64,000 nt of DNA from Blastocatellia bacterium (GCA_963765495.1 CAVXWP010000009.1:1-64000); one strand, 5' to 3'; positions 38,962 to 49,353 are shown, numbered from the stretch's first letter. Notes: generated from the sequence alone by a model not told the origin. Program-made: numbers and translations.

Positions 38962-39272
38962 CTGCTCTGAAAATAAAAGGGGTGCTAAATGTTGATAACG
39001 AGTAGATGAAGACAAACAACTCCGAGCCTGTGCGATATTACTTCTGCACAGCTTCATCAAACTGGTTGTCGGTAGGGCATTGGTTAATAAGCATGAGTCT
39101 GCTCTACGTGCTCAAAGGCAACAATTCGGGGTACCAGAAATATGCCCAGGTCAAACTGCTATACAGGCTCGAAGCACCAAGGACCGTTCGACCTTCATAC
39201 CGACATACAAAATTCTATCATGGCTCTCACACATTTTCATCATTCGAAGGTGAGCCGCAGGCTCATGATGAA
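38962..39272 (-). mobile_element. IS110 non-autonomous type B, copy 2
   Basis: Same sequence as 30255-30565; abuts the right end of IS110-A copy 2. Confidence 0.87.
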
Positions 39273-41859
39273 CTGCTATGAAAATAAGAGTAGGTGTTGA
39301 TCAGGCAGCTTGCTCGACCTCTTCAACAGTTACTCTCAAGCCCGTCCCCTCAAGCTGTCGGATTAATCTTCGCCGCTGCTTCTCTACATTCCTTTTGTCC
39401 AGATAATCTACTCCCAACTCTTTGTAACCGGCTCTCTCTTCTAAGACGTGATATACAATCACAAGTATCGAATGTGCTATTGCTACCAGCGCCTTCTTCT
39501 TCCCCATTCTCTTGACCAGCCTTTTGTACTTCGCTGCAAGGAAACAATCCTTCTGATGCTTGCTGCCCAGGCTGCCTGCACAAGGGCTGCTTTTAGATAG
39601 CTATTGCCCTTTTGGGTTCTTCCACTCTTTCGTTTTCCTGCCGATTGATTATTACTGGGACAGATCGAAGCCCAACTTGAGAGATTCTTGTCTGTTGGGA
39701 AGCAGCTCATATCTACTCCAATCTCAGAGACAATGATCTGGGCTAAGGTCTTTGCGACTCCTGGAATAGAATCGAGAAGCTCAACAGCTTGCTTAACAAA
39801 AGGGTCTGGGGAAGTTTCGACCTCCTGGCTGATCTTCTCTTCAACCCTCTTAATAGAGGATTCAACCGAGTCATACTGATCGAGGAGTTCTTTAAGAATC
39901 CAGCGTTGGGCAGAAGTGAGGCGACCGTGCAAAGCACGCTTCAAGTCAGCCTTCTTACGCTTCATCCTCCGACGAGCAAGGTCGCTGATCTTGTCAGCAT
40001 CGGTTTGACCATCAGCCAAAGCTCTCAGCATCAGCCTGCCGCTAACCCCCAAAGCATCACTAGCGACTTGAGCGAGCTTGATATTGGCGCTTTCAATCAA
40101 CTTCTGAATGCGATTGGCAAGAGCAGTCTGCTCACGGATAAGGCTCTGGCGGTAGCGAGTCAAATCCCTGAGTTCACGGATATGAGGAGGAGGGATAAAG
40201 CTGGGACGAAGCAGACCGTGACGAAGCAGGTCAGCAAGCCACTCACAATCCTTAACATCAGTCTTTCTGCCAGGAACAGCTTTGACGTGGCGGGCATTAA
40301 CCAAAATAACCTCCAGGGAGGATTCGAGGATATTGAAAACAGGCTTCCAGTAAACGCCAGTACTTTCAATAGCGACGTGAGTGCAGCCTTGAGAAGTGAG
40401 CCAGTCGAGCAATAATAGAATTAGATAGTTTTTTGTTTGTTGTGTTGGTGTTTTTTTTTTGTTTTTTTGTGTGTTGGTGTGTTTGGTTTTTTTTGAAGTT
40501 GATATTTAGTTGTTGTTGTTTTATGGATAGGAGTAGAATATAGATGATTTTATGTTTAGATGGATGTTTATGATATATGTTGTGTGTAAAAAAATATTGG
40601 TTGATTTTTTATGTTGAGTGAGTAGGATTGATTTAAGTAAGGATTGTGAGATGTGTTGGTAGTAGGTTGAGTTATTTGATATTAGTGAGTAAGTTTTTAT
40701 TATAAGTTGTTTTAGTTATAGTGAGGAGATGTTATAAGTATGGATTGATGATATTATATAAAGTTATTATTTTACGTTTTGTGGTGTATTAGTGTTTGTT
40801 TAGTGGGAGTATTATGAAGTTTGTTGATATTTTGTGATGTTATATGTGTGAAGGGAATAAAAGTGATATATTTGGTTTTAATTTGAGTTGTTGTGATTTA
40901 GTGTATGTTTATATTGTATTTGTTGTGAGGTTTGTTTATTATGATTGTAAATTAAGTTTGGGGTATTGATATACTTATATCTGATTTGTGGTGTGTGGAT
41001 GTATTGGTAGTATTGTTGGATTGTTATTAGTGTTATATATTGAGTTGGGAATTGGATTAGAGTTTGGAGTATTTTTTCGTGATGGTAGTATTAGAATAGG
41101 TGTTTGTTAAAGTTTGTTTAGGAATTTGGAACTCTGATTAGGGGAGTTACTTCACTAGTTTGTAATATATATATCGACTGAAAATGGTTGGGTTGTAAAT
41201 CAGTATGGATGGTAAAGGTTGTGTTTTGGATAACATCTTTACGTAGTGTTTATGGAGAAGTATCAAGTATGAAGAGGTCTATCTGTATTCTTATGTTTCA
41301 CGAAGAGAAGCTCGACAAAACATTACTAGGTATATGTGATTCTATAATGAAGAGCGTCTACATCAGTCACTCGATTACTGGACACCGGTTGAAGTCGTAT
41401 TTCAGTTGTGAGAATGAGAAACATCAGCGAAACGATTCTATAATGAAAGGAGAAAAGTCCACTTTAGGCATAGGTAATTTTTTGTCTTGATTTTGTGGAC
41501 CACCTTAAGGGCAAGCAAATCATCAGTCATGGTCGAGAAAGTGCGAACCTCTTTGTTGCCGTCAGTGATGAGGCAGGCGACAACGGTGCGAGCGTGAACA
41601 TCAATACCACAGCAAGAGTTGTAAAGAATCTGCATGATAGAACTCCTTTCGGCATTGGCGGGGAGCCTCAAAACAAAAGAGACTGCTATGCGTGCTCGAA
41701 GCAACAAGTTGTGATGCCTGAAAAGGCTCCCCAAGTCAAACTAACGACCGGGCTAAAGGCACCAAGGCCCGACGACCTATCAGCCAATGACCAGAAGGAA
41801 GGATACATAAACTCTCAGACATTTTCATCCGTCGTGAAGAAGCCTTGCTTCATGGATGC
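39273..41859 (-). mobile_element. IS110 type A, copy 2, interrupted by an IS3 insertion
   Basis: Matches copy 1 apart from the 40412-41507 insert and a frameshift near 39557; inserted at an attC GTTAG^GC. Confidence 0.9.
40412..41507 (+). mobile_element. IS3-family element with a corrupted, C-depleted sequence
   Basis: Right end TTGTCTTGATTTTGTGGACCACCTTA; relics of the QVWGIDITY, NSDQG, SMDGKG..DNIF and KYEEVY coding motifs. Confidence 0.7.
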
Positions 41860-41942
41860 CTAACGACGAATTCAGCGGCGCGCTGGCGGCAAAGGGAGAA
41901 TGAGGCGGTGGAATGCGGGTCCGGTTGATGGACCAGTTAGGC
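41858..41942 (-). repeat. attC site (chimeric arms)
   Basis: Reverse complement reads GCCTAACTGGTCCATCAACCGGACCCGC...GCGCGCCGCTGAATTCGTCGTTAGGC. Confidence 0.88.
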
Positions 41943-41943
41943 C

Positions 41944-43427
41944 CAATACCTGTCAAATAAGCAAAATAGCATCACAAAATCGTAGCTGTGGCTTGGGCCA
42001 GTTGTAATGCTGTGGTCGCTTCAGATTGAACCCACTCATCTTTCTCTTCACTACTCGCGGATTCGATCTGGCTCGCCTTTCTGGTAACCTTTGCTCTCCT
42101 ATATCTCTCAATAGCCTCTTGTATAATTGCTCCTTTTGCTCCTTTTCTACCATTTGGAATTCTGGTATTGCTTCTTGGATTATCCTCAATGCTCCTACAA
42201 AACTTATCCGATCCGGGTCTACTTCTGCCTCATTTGCTGCTTCGTGTATCAGTTTTCTTACTGCATAATGCGCTATCAATAATGCGTATAACTCTTGTAT
42301 GACTCCCTCTGGTTTTAGGCTTCTCAATGGCCTTCCTGCTAGTCGTTGATGTGTATCTATCTCATCTATGACTATCTCGATTTCCCATCGCTCGTGATAC
42401 AAACACACCAACTCTTTGGCCGGATACTTCCTTTCATCCAATAGTGTTGTGACTATGCGGTATCTCTTCTGGTATCCTGCTTGGGTCGGGTCTGTAAAAG
42501 TGTAAGAGATTATCCGAACCAACTGTTTGTCTTCTTTATTTCGCCGTCCTTTTTGTGTTGGTCTGATATAGCCTAACCACGTTCCATCTTCTAGCGTGCA
42601 AAGGTGTTCCGGTTTCACATTGTCAGGCAATCTACCAAGACATTGAGACCCTCGCTCAAGTGTCGCAACTACCATATCATAGGAGTGAAAGCCTCTATCC
42701 CACATCAAAAGCATCCCTTTTCCCAGGCTTCTTAGCAGGCGAAAACCTCCAACTCGTTCACTGCTTTTTGCAGGCCAAAATCCTGCATCAATAATGGCAT
42801 GAGTGCCACATTCTACAAGGTAGACAGCCTGAATTTGCACGAAGCAACACTTCCCGCGATCAGAAGCCAACCGCCCAAAAGCAGCATCATTTTCCGGAGT
42901 GTCCGGGGCTTCTTCAATAGAGCCGTCAAGGGCCATTAATCGCAGTCCAAATGCAAAAGCGCCACGAGTTTCATCTGTTGCCATAGGTTGTGCAACACGA
43001 TGAAACAATGAGACTAAAGGACGAGGCCCCAACTGGTAACGACGATAAGATATTGCATTGTGTTTAGGAGGAGGAAAGTCAGGATCAGGCCAGATGAAAC
43101 GCAAACCCTGAAAGACTCTCCGCACGACATGTCCAATAGAGAAATGTGAAAACAGATTCATAGCGATGATAATGAGCACGACAGCGCTCATAGTGAGTTT
43201 GCGATGTCGTTTGTGAGAGGCATTGTGGAGATCAAGAACCTCTTGGATTAATTCAATAGAGACGGCATCAGAGATGGCATCAATAGAGAGATGATCACAG
43301 AACTTTCGTTCATCGGTAATATGGCGTATTTTGTAACTCAAGCGAGGCGGCTCCTTGACAACTTTCGTTTCTATCAACTCGAAAGTATGCCATAAATGCC
43401 GTCTCGTGGCTTATTTGACAGGTATTG
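41944..43427 (-). mobile_element. IS4-family element, copy 2
   Basis: Matches 15208-16691; the flanks differ (CAGTTAGGCC vs GGCTTAGGCT). Confidence 0.92.
41953..43377 (-). CDS. IS4-family transposase
   Basis: Same protein as 15258-16682. Confidence 0.92.
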   Translation of the reverse strand: MIETKVVKEPPRLSYKIRHITDERKFCDHLSIDAISDAVSIELIQEVLDLHNASHKRHRKLTMSAVVLIIIAMNLFSHFSIGHVVRRVFQGLRFIWPDPDFPPPKHNAISYRRYQLGPRPLVSLFHRVAQPMATDETRGAFAFGLRLMALDGSIEEAPDTPENDAAFGRLASDRGKCCFVQIQAVYLVECGTHAIIDAGFWPAKSSERVGGFRLLRSLGKGMLLMWDRGFHSYDMVVATLERGSQCLGRLPDNVKPEHLCTLEDGTWLGYIRPTQKGRRNKEDKQLVRIISYTFTDPTQAGYQKRYRIVTTLLDERKYPAKELVCLYHERWEIEIVIDEIDTHQRLAGRPLRSLKPEGVIQELYALLIAHYAVRKLIHEAANEAEVDPDRISFVGALRIIQEAIPEFQMVEKEQKEQLYKRLLRDIGEQRLPERRARSNPRVVKRKMSGFNLKRPQHYNWPKPQLRFCDAILLI

Positions 43428-44798
43428 GGCTTAGGCTGACACATCCAAACGCAGCAGGTATAGATATAGGTAGTGATTCACATTTCGTGGCCGTGCCGCC
43501 AGATAGAGCAGAAAATCTGTGAGAGAGTTCTCCTCATTCACCTGTGACCTCAACCGACTTGCAGATTGGTTGAGCGAGTGTGGGGTAGATACAGTAGCGA
43601 TGGAGTCAACAGGAGTCTACTGGATCGCGCTGTATGAGTTGCTGGAAAGTCGAGGATTTGAAGTGAAGTTAGTAGACGCACGACGAGTAAAGCATGTACC
43701 AGGACGAAAGACCGATGTATTGGACTGCCAGTGGTTGCAGGAATTGCATACATACGGACTATTAGAAGGAGCATTTCGACCACCCGACCAGATAATAGAG
43801 TTGCGAAGCTATGTGAGGCAGAGAATGATGTTGGTCAGATATGCAGCAAGCCACATACAGCACATGCAGAAGGCGCTGACACAGATGAACCTGAAACTGC
43901 ATAACGTGATAAGCGACATAACAGGGGCGACAGGGATGAGGATCATCAAAGCGATATTGGCAGGAGAGCGAGACGTGCAGGTGCTAGCGGCGAACCGAGA
44001 TGCGAGGTGTAAGAATTCACGGGAGGTAATAGCCAAGTCGTTGGAAGGCAATTATAGAGAAGAACTTTTGTTTGAGTTAAGACAAGGCGTAGAGTTGTAT
44101 GAGAGCTATCAGGAGAAGATAGCAGAATGCGACCGGCAGATAGAGCGGTAGTTGGGGAGGATGGCAAAGATGGGAGAAGTGGAAAACAAAGCCTTGCCGA
44201 AGGCCAGAAGAGCAAGCAAGGGAGAAGGAAATCAGCCGAGATTTGAGTTGAGGAAATATCTGTATGAGATGATGGGTGTAGACCTGACACAGATAGATGG
44301 GATAAGCGCATACACGGCCCTGGTAGTAGTCAGTGAAATAGGGACAGACATGAGCGCGTGGGAGAGTAGTAAGCAATTCGGGTCATGGCTATGTTTGTCA
44401 CCAGGAAGCAAGAAAAGCGGAGGCAAACAGCTATCAACAAAAAGCAAGCCGGGAGCGAACCGAGTAGCAAATCAGTTGAGGATGTCAGCCCAGGCATTGA
44501 GTAATTCACAGAGCGCATTAGGAGGATATTACCGAAGGATGAAGGCGCGATTAGGAGGACCAAAAGCGATAACAGCGACAGCCTACAAGCTGGCGAGGTT
44601 AATCTATAGCATGATGAAGAATGGAACAGAGTATGTAGATAGAGGGCAGGAAGCATATGAGGAGCAATATCGGGAAAGAGTGTTGAAAAATCTAAAGAGA
44701 AGAGCAAGACAGATGGGCTATGAACTGGTGAAGAGCGATCTACAGAAGGGTTTTCTCGTCCTGTAGAATCAATAGCTTACGGGGAAGTTTCTTAAGAA
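43428..44798 (+). pseudogene. IS110 type E, 3' part (frameshift near 43517, stop at 44149)
   Basis: HPNAAGIDIG, AMESTGVYW, KTDVLD and SGGK motifs; the N-terminus is found at 47972-48042. Confidence 0.85.
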
Positions 44799-44877
44799 GG
44801 CCAGTTAGATGAGTCTTCTTTGCTGTCTTTTCAAAATCGCTTCACCTTGTTGCTTGCCCTCAAAGTGTACACTCTTC

Positions 44878-45429
44878 TTACTCAAAGAGATTATCATCAG
44901 GAAAATGCGATCCTGGCAAAGCTGGTTGAGCATCGGCAATCTCCCCACGACGAAAAATTCTTGGATTTTCTGGATCATCTGATCCGAAGGACTTAATAAC
45001 ATCTAGGTTGAGTAAATCTACATCCCATATAACCACTGTTCCCGCAGCAAAGTAGTCACTTCGCTTCTCAGCAATTTTCTTTTCGGCATTCAGTCCATAA
45101 TCATTCTCGCTTCTAACTTCGACCGCGAAAAGTGGTGCTCCTTCATAGAACTTCATGTGAGGATTGGGTCCAATATAAAACGCCGAATCTGGACTGAAAG
45201 AACCACGATTGGGCAAGTTGACACGAAAGGCTTTATTATCTCCAACTGCTTGCCCTATTTTTGTTTGGCGTGCAAATTGTCTTAAAGATACAAAAATTTC
45301 ATCACCAGCGAACCCTGGGTCTCCTCCGGTAGGTGACATAAGAACAATTTCTCCATTAACGATCTCGGCCTTACCATTTTCAGGAATACTGTAGAGGTCT
45401 TCAATAGAAGCTCTGGCTTTTGTAGTCAT
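44878..45429 (-). CDS. Uma2 family endonuclease
   Basis: KAEIVNGEI, SPDSAF, FAVEVRS and DYFAAGTVVIWDVD motifs. Confidence 0.88.
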   Translation of the reverse strand: MTTKARASIEDLYSIPENGKAEIVNGEIVLMSPTGGDPGFAGDEIFVSLRQFARQTKIGQAVGDNKAFRVNLPNRGSFSPDSAFYIGPNPHMKFYEGAPLFAVEVRSENDYGLNAEKKIAEKRSDYFAAGTVVIWDVDLLNLDVIKSFGSDDPENPRIFRRGEIADAQPALPGSHFPDDNLFE

Positions 45430-45512
45430 AATGTAACCTCACAACCAGAGGATAACATCTGTAGTTTCAGATGTGATCACAATATGAAACATTGGTTCTT
45501 TAGGAAATGGGC

Positions 45513-45823
45513 TTGCTCGGAAAATAAAAGGGGTGCTAAATGTTGATAACGAGTAGATGAAGACAAACAACTCCGAGCCTGTGCGATATTACTTCTGCAC
45601 AGCTTCATCAAACTGGTTGTCGGTAGGGCATTGGTTAATAAGCATGAGTCTGCTCTACGTGCTCAAAGGCAACAATTCGGGGTACCAGAAATATGCCCAG
45701 GTCAAACTGCTATACAGGCTCGAAGCACCAAGGACCGTTCGACCTTCATACCGACATACAAAATTCTATCATGGCTCTCACACATTTTCATCATTCGAAG
45801 GTGAGCCGCAGGCTCATGATGAA
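45513..45823 (-). mobile_element. IS110 non-autonomous type B, copy 3
   Basis: 311-bp unit, in tandem with copy 4. Confidence 0.87.
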
Positions 45824-46133
45824 CTGCTCTGAAAATAAAAGGGGTGCTAAATGTTGATAACGAGTAGATGAAGACAAACAACTCCGAGCCTGTGCGATAT
45901 TACTTCTGCACAGCTTCATCAAACTGGTTGTCGGTAGGGCATTGGTTAATAAGCATGTGTCTGCTCTACGTGCTCAAAGGCAACAATTCGGGGTACCAGA
46001 AATATGCCCAGGTCAAACTGCTATACAGGCTCGAAGCACCAAGGACCGTTCGACCTTCATACCGACATCAAAATTCTATCATGGCTCTCACACATTTTCA
46101 TCATTCGAAGGTGAGCCGCAGGCTCATGATGAA
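45824..46133 (-). mobile_element. IS110 non-autonomous type B, copy 4
   Basis: 310-bp unit, head-to-tail with copy 3. Confidence 0.87.
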
Positions 46134-46220
46134 CTGCTCTGAAAATAATCGCCTAAGTTATTGATTCTACAAGAATCGCTTATTTTCGTCGTTCGTGGCG
46201 AAGCGACCCCTTCATGACGG
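46134..46220 (-). mobile_element. 87-bp ends-only IS110 mini-element
   Basis: Reverse complement CCGTCATGAAGG...ACGAAAATAAG...TTATTTTCAGAGCAG, directly after an attC GTTAG. Confidence 0.8.
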
Positions 46221-46311
46221 CTAACGCCCGGCATCAGTGGGCGCGCGTAGAGCACTCAAAGAAACCGTGTGAAATCCGCTTCGCGCGCTCCACTGCACGC
46301 CATTGTTAGAT
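46219..46311 (-). repeat. attC site (non-host type)
   Basis: Reverse complement ATCTAAC...CAGTGGAGCGCGCG...CGCGCGCCCACTG...GTTAG. Confidence 0.88.
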
Positions 46312-46331
46312 CGCGCCCACGCTTTTATCGG

Positions 46332-47423
46332 TTAGTAGTAAGTGATTATTCGGTGTTCAACATATATGTATTTTCGCCCCGTATGGTCCGTGTTCAGCTT
46401 CGTCTTTTTCACCCAATTACCATGTGAGTCGTATTCAGATATCACCTTCCAGTCGCCCGGCACATCCTTGTTAAGATGTGCCTCACCAACCAGTTTTCCC
46501 TCTTCGTCATATATATAAACCGTCTTGCGGGCGAGCGCTGAGTCCGCCTCATAAACCGCTTCTTCAAGCACCTGCCCTCGATCGTTATAGCTGTATACGA
46601 CTCTGCCGGGCTTAGGTGCATGACTTTGACTTACATTTCGCTGCTTATACTCCATCAAGGTCGTGCGCTGTGCCACTCGCCCCTTTGCGTCATATAGTGT
46701 CTGCACTTTGCTCCAGAGGATCTCAGTGTCTGCATACCTTTCGATCTCTCTACCTAACTTGTCATACGAATACTCAACAGTCGAATTTTGTCCAGGGAAC
46801 TCGTAGTTGACGTATGCCTCCTTCACCAGGTTACCAGCTTCGTTGTAGATTTTCAGATGCTTCTCCCTGAGCCTTCCACTGTAGTATGCTGCCATTTCTG
46901 TGAGTTGCCCGGCCGCATTGTACGCATAGGTAATTCGTTCTTGATAAGCCCCGCCATCAGCAAATCTGGACTGTTCTATCTTTCGCCCATTGTCGTCATA
47001 GGTATAAAGCTCTTGCATTTGCACCGCATCACCCTCATACATGCGGACCTCTATACGGTTACCTTTGCTGTCGTACTCAATAGTCGAGTGGTAACGATCC
47101 TTTTTGGCATCTCCATAGCCGATGATACGGCCATCGGAATCGTAACGGATGACGGAGCGGTCCTGTTCAGTGCCGTCTTGGTTGAAGTTCACTCGCTCGA
47201 CCTCCTGTCCCTTCTGATCGTAGGTAACCTGCTGATGAGGCCAGCGCTTGATCTCGACCAATTTGCCGTTCACCATATCGGCTTCGGCAAACTCGGTCTG
47301 CACGCTCCGGACGGAGCCGACTAGGTTGTCGTGCTGCCAATCAGAGACTGACTGAGGTGTCGCAGCAGGTGCCATAAGAGCAAGAAGCGCCAAAAGGTTG
47401 GCAAAGGTCATGAGTCGTTTCAT
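46332..47423 (-). CDS. Secreted YD/RHS-repeat protein (cassette)
   Basis: Signal peptide, L.G.V.SV, repeated Y.YD..G and YDSHGNW...R.ITYY. Confidence 0.85.
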   Translation of the reverse strand: MKRLMTFANLLALLALMAPAATPQSVSDWQHDNLVGSVRSVQTEFAEADMVNGKLVEIKRWPHQQVTYDQKGQEVERVNFNQDGTEQDRSVIRYDSDGRIIGYGDAKKDRYHSTIEYDSKGNRIEVRMYEGDAVQMQELYTYDDNGRKIEQSRFADGGAYQERITYAYNAAGQLTEMAAYYSGRLREKHLKIYNEAGNLVKEAYVNYEFPGQNSTVEYSYDKLGREIERYADTEILWSKVQTLYDAKGRVAQRTTLMEYKQRNVSQSHAPKPGRVVYSYNDRGQVLEEAVYEADSALARKTVYIYDEEGKLVGEAHLNKDVPGDWKVISEYDSHGNWVKKTKLNTDHTGRKYIYVEHRIITYY

Positions 47424-47632
47424 CTCAAGTTCTCACGTAGAAGACCGATAGTTTGAAGCGTTCTATTCTGGAGAGATTTATTGTTTCAGGAGTCGGGTCC
47501 TATGTAAAGCCATTTGCATCAAGCGGTCACCTGGAGCCGATGGCTCCGATTATCAAGCAACAATCTGAGAATGCTTAGGGCCGACATAATCTCATCTGGA
47601 CCTCCCTCGTCAAATGGCTGCCCAACCTGGCG

Positions 47633-47717
47633 ATCTAACGCCGGAGATAACCGGCCCGCTGTGGGCTCAGGGATAATGAAGGGTTGGAATGCGGGTCCGG
47701 TTGATGGACCAGTTAGG
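47633..47717 (-). repeat. attC site
   Basis: Type-2 host attC, reverse complement. Confidence 0.9.
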
Positions 47718-47741
47718 CCCTCAACCGGCTGCGCCGAATTG

Positions 47742-48042
47742 TCTGTGTAAGAAACTTTCTCTGTGCCGCCACACCTTGTTATCTTTCATTGCGCGTCCAG
47801 GCTGCCAAGACCGCTTGGCCATTGCTGCTTTTTGCCCGTCAGTTAGGCTGGTCCCGGAAGTTTGCGTCGGTCTCATTGGTGAAGCCCTGGCTCTCCCGTT
47901 TAGAAGAGTGTGCTTATTGACGACTTCCGCTCCTGGACGCGCAATTTCTTCTTCAAGTGGAGGTATTATCTATGAAGGCCAAATCGAAGTCAAAGCCCTC
48001 GAAGATGCGCTCGGTCAGATCAAAGCGAGCAAGGCTTAGGCT
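47742..48042 (+). mobile_element. IS110 type E, 5' part (structured non-coding end plus first codons)
   Basis: TAAGAAACTT pairs with the right-end AAGTTTCTTA; stem TTGCGCGTCCAGG / CCTGGACGCGCAA; ATG 47972 MKAKSKSK...RLRL continues at 43438. The left boundary is approximate. Confidence 0.75.
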
Positions 48043-48048
48043 CAATAC

Positions 48049-49353
48049 CAGGGCTGTTGCAAAGTAGGCTCAACGACGCAATATTAGATTTAGGGCCTCT
48101 TGCGGATTGGCGTTGTAGCGCCGCCTTGCTTCCGGCAGATTCTTCAAACCCTGCCTTAATACCATTGCGATTACCAGATTGTTTATCACTGCCAAGCTCT
48201 CTGCTGCATGCCCTGTCTTCAACCTACAATAGTCCTCTTTCATTGTCTTATCTCTTCGGTAGTGTAACCCATTCTCCACTTGCCAATGCTTTCGCACCAC
48301 CTGTAGCATCCTTTCAGCATCTGCTTCCTTCTTTGTCAGGCTTGTTATTCCATAGCTTGTTTCGCTTCGCTTCTTTCCTGTAGACACTATTTCAACTTCT
48401 CGCTCTATCTTGTAGACTTGTTCCAAGTATGGCCAATCCATCTCTCCTGCCATCATTGAACTTGTTGTTATCTTTCTGTGTTCAATTCGCCCGTGATGTT
48501 TCTCTATAGAGCAGGCTGTGGCCAGATCGTTTTTCATCTCTTTGAGTTTGGTTTTACCCTCTTCTATTTCGAACAATGTTTCAATCTCTGAGCGCAGGTG
48601 GGCTTGATTGTCCTTGACTGTCCAGACGTAATCGCCGCCAGCTTCGACGACTTGTCGAGAGAGTTCACGTTGTGCAAACATGGCATCACCAGTCACTATT
48701 TTCCCCTGTAAATCTATAGATTTAAGCAAGCGAGGGGCAGCAGATATTTCATTCTCTTTTGATCCTACTTCCATCTGCAAGAGCACAACGCCTTGATCTG
48801 GGAGATAGGCTGCAAGCAGATGCAACCCTTTAGTCTGACCTGCTGGTATAGTCCCTCTAAGAGTCTTTCCATCCATGTTCATTTCTACTGATTGTTCTGC
48901 TTTATCAGCAGAAAGCAGAAAGAGACTGAGAAGTTGTTGAAATTCATTAAGATCAAAAGCCTTGCCAAGTATACGAGAGTAAGTAGTAGGGTGAGGAGTG
49001 GAATCTCGATCAAAATCGAGAGCCTCACGAAGAAACTGCTTTCTCAAAGCAATCCAATGAGCAATGCCACGAGGCTCATCCTCGCCAGCAAGTTTAGCCA
49101 GAACGACAAAGACCAAAGCAAGTGCAAGAGGGTATCGCTTACCTTTAGCTTTGCGATGATCTTTGAGATTCCCTAGATAATGATAGAGACTCCCGACATC
49201 GAAGAAAAAGGGAGAATCCCCAGGAACAATAGAAGCGGCAAAAGTGTTATACTCCATCAGAGACCTACCTCCGGTTTGTAAAGTGTTTGATTCAAAGAAC
49301 AACCGGATAAGGTCTTTTCTCTTATCTTGTCAAGCTACTTTGCAACAGCCCTG
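48049..49353 (-). mobile_element. ISAs1-family element
   Basis: Inverted repeats CAGGGCTGTTGCAAAGTAG / CTACTTTGCAACAGCCCTG; no TSD. Confidence 0.9.
48070..49257 (-). CDS. ISAs1 transposase
   Basis: DGKTLRG, KENEI, TGDAM, HGRIEHR and HWQVENGLHY motifs. Confidence 0.93.
   Translation of the reverse strand: MEYNTFAASIVPGDSPFFFDVGSLYHYLGNLKDHRKAKGKRYPLALALVFVVLAKLAGEDEPRGIAHWIALRKQFLREALDFDRDSTPHPTTYSRILGKAFDLNEFQQLLSLFLLSADKAEQSVEMNMDGKTLRGTIPAGQTKGLHLLAAYLPDQGVVLLQMEVGSKENEISAAPRLLKSIDLQGKIVTGDAMFAQRELSRQVVEAGGDYVWTVKDNQAHLRSEIETLFEIEEGKTKLKEMKNDLATACSIEKHHGRIEHRKITTSSMMAGEMDWPYLEQVYKIEREVEIVSTGKKRSETSYGITSLTKKEADAERMLQVVRKHWQVENGLHYRRDKTMKEDYCRLKTGHAAESLAVINNLVIAMVLRQGLKNLPEARRRYNANPQEALNLILRR

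Larger units (their letters stand above)
36171..47717 (-). other. Integron cassette array, inverted (- strand) arm
   Basis: Reverse-complement attC at 36580, 41858, 46219 and 47633, plus broken attC at 36171-36208 and 38136-38160; cassette genes are on the - strand. Confidence 0.9.

Noticed and set aside
39006-39281. Repeated 91-aa ORF MKTNNSEP... (four copies)
   Set aside because: It is antisense to the bridge-RNA-like scaffold of element B, has no recognisable domain or RBS, and is frameshifted in one copy. Its recurrence reflects DNA identity only.
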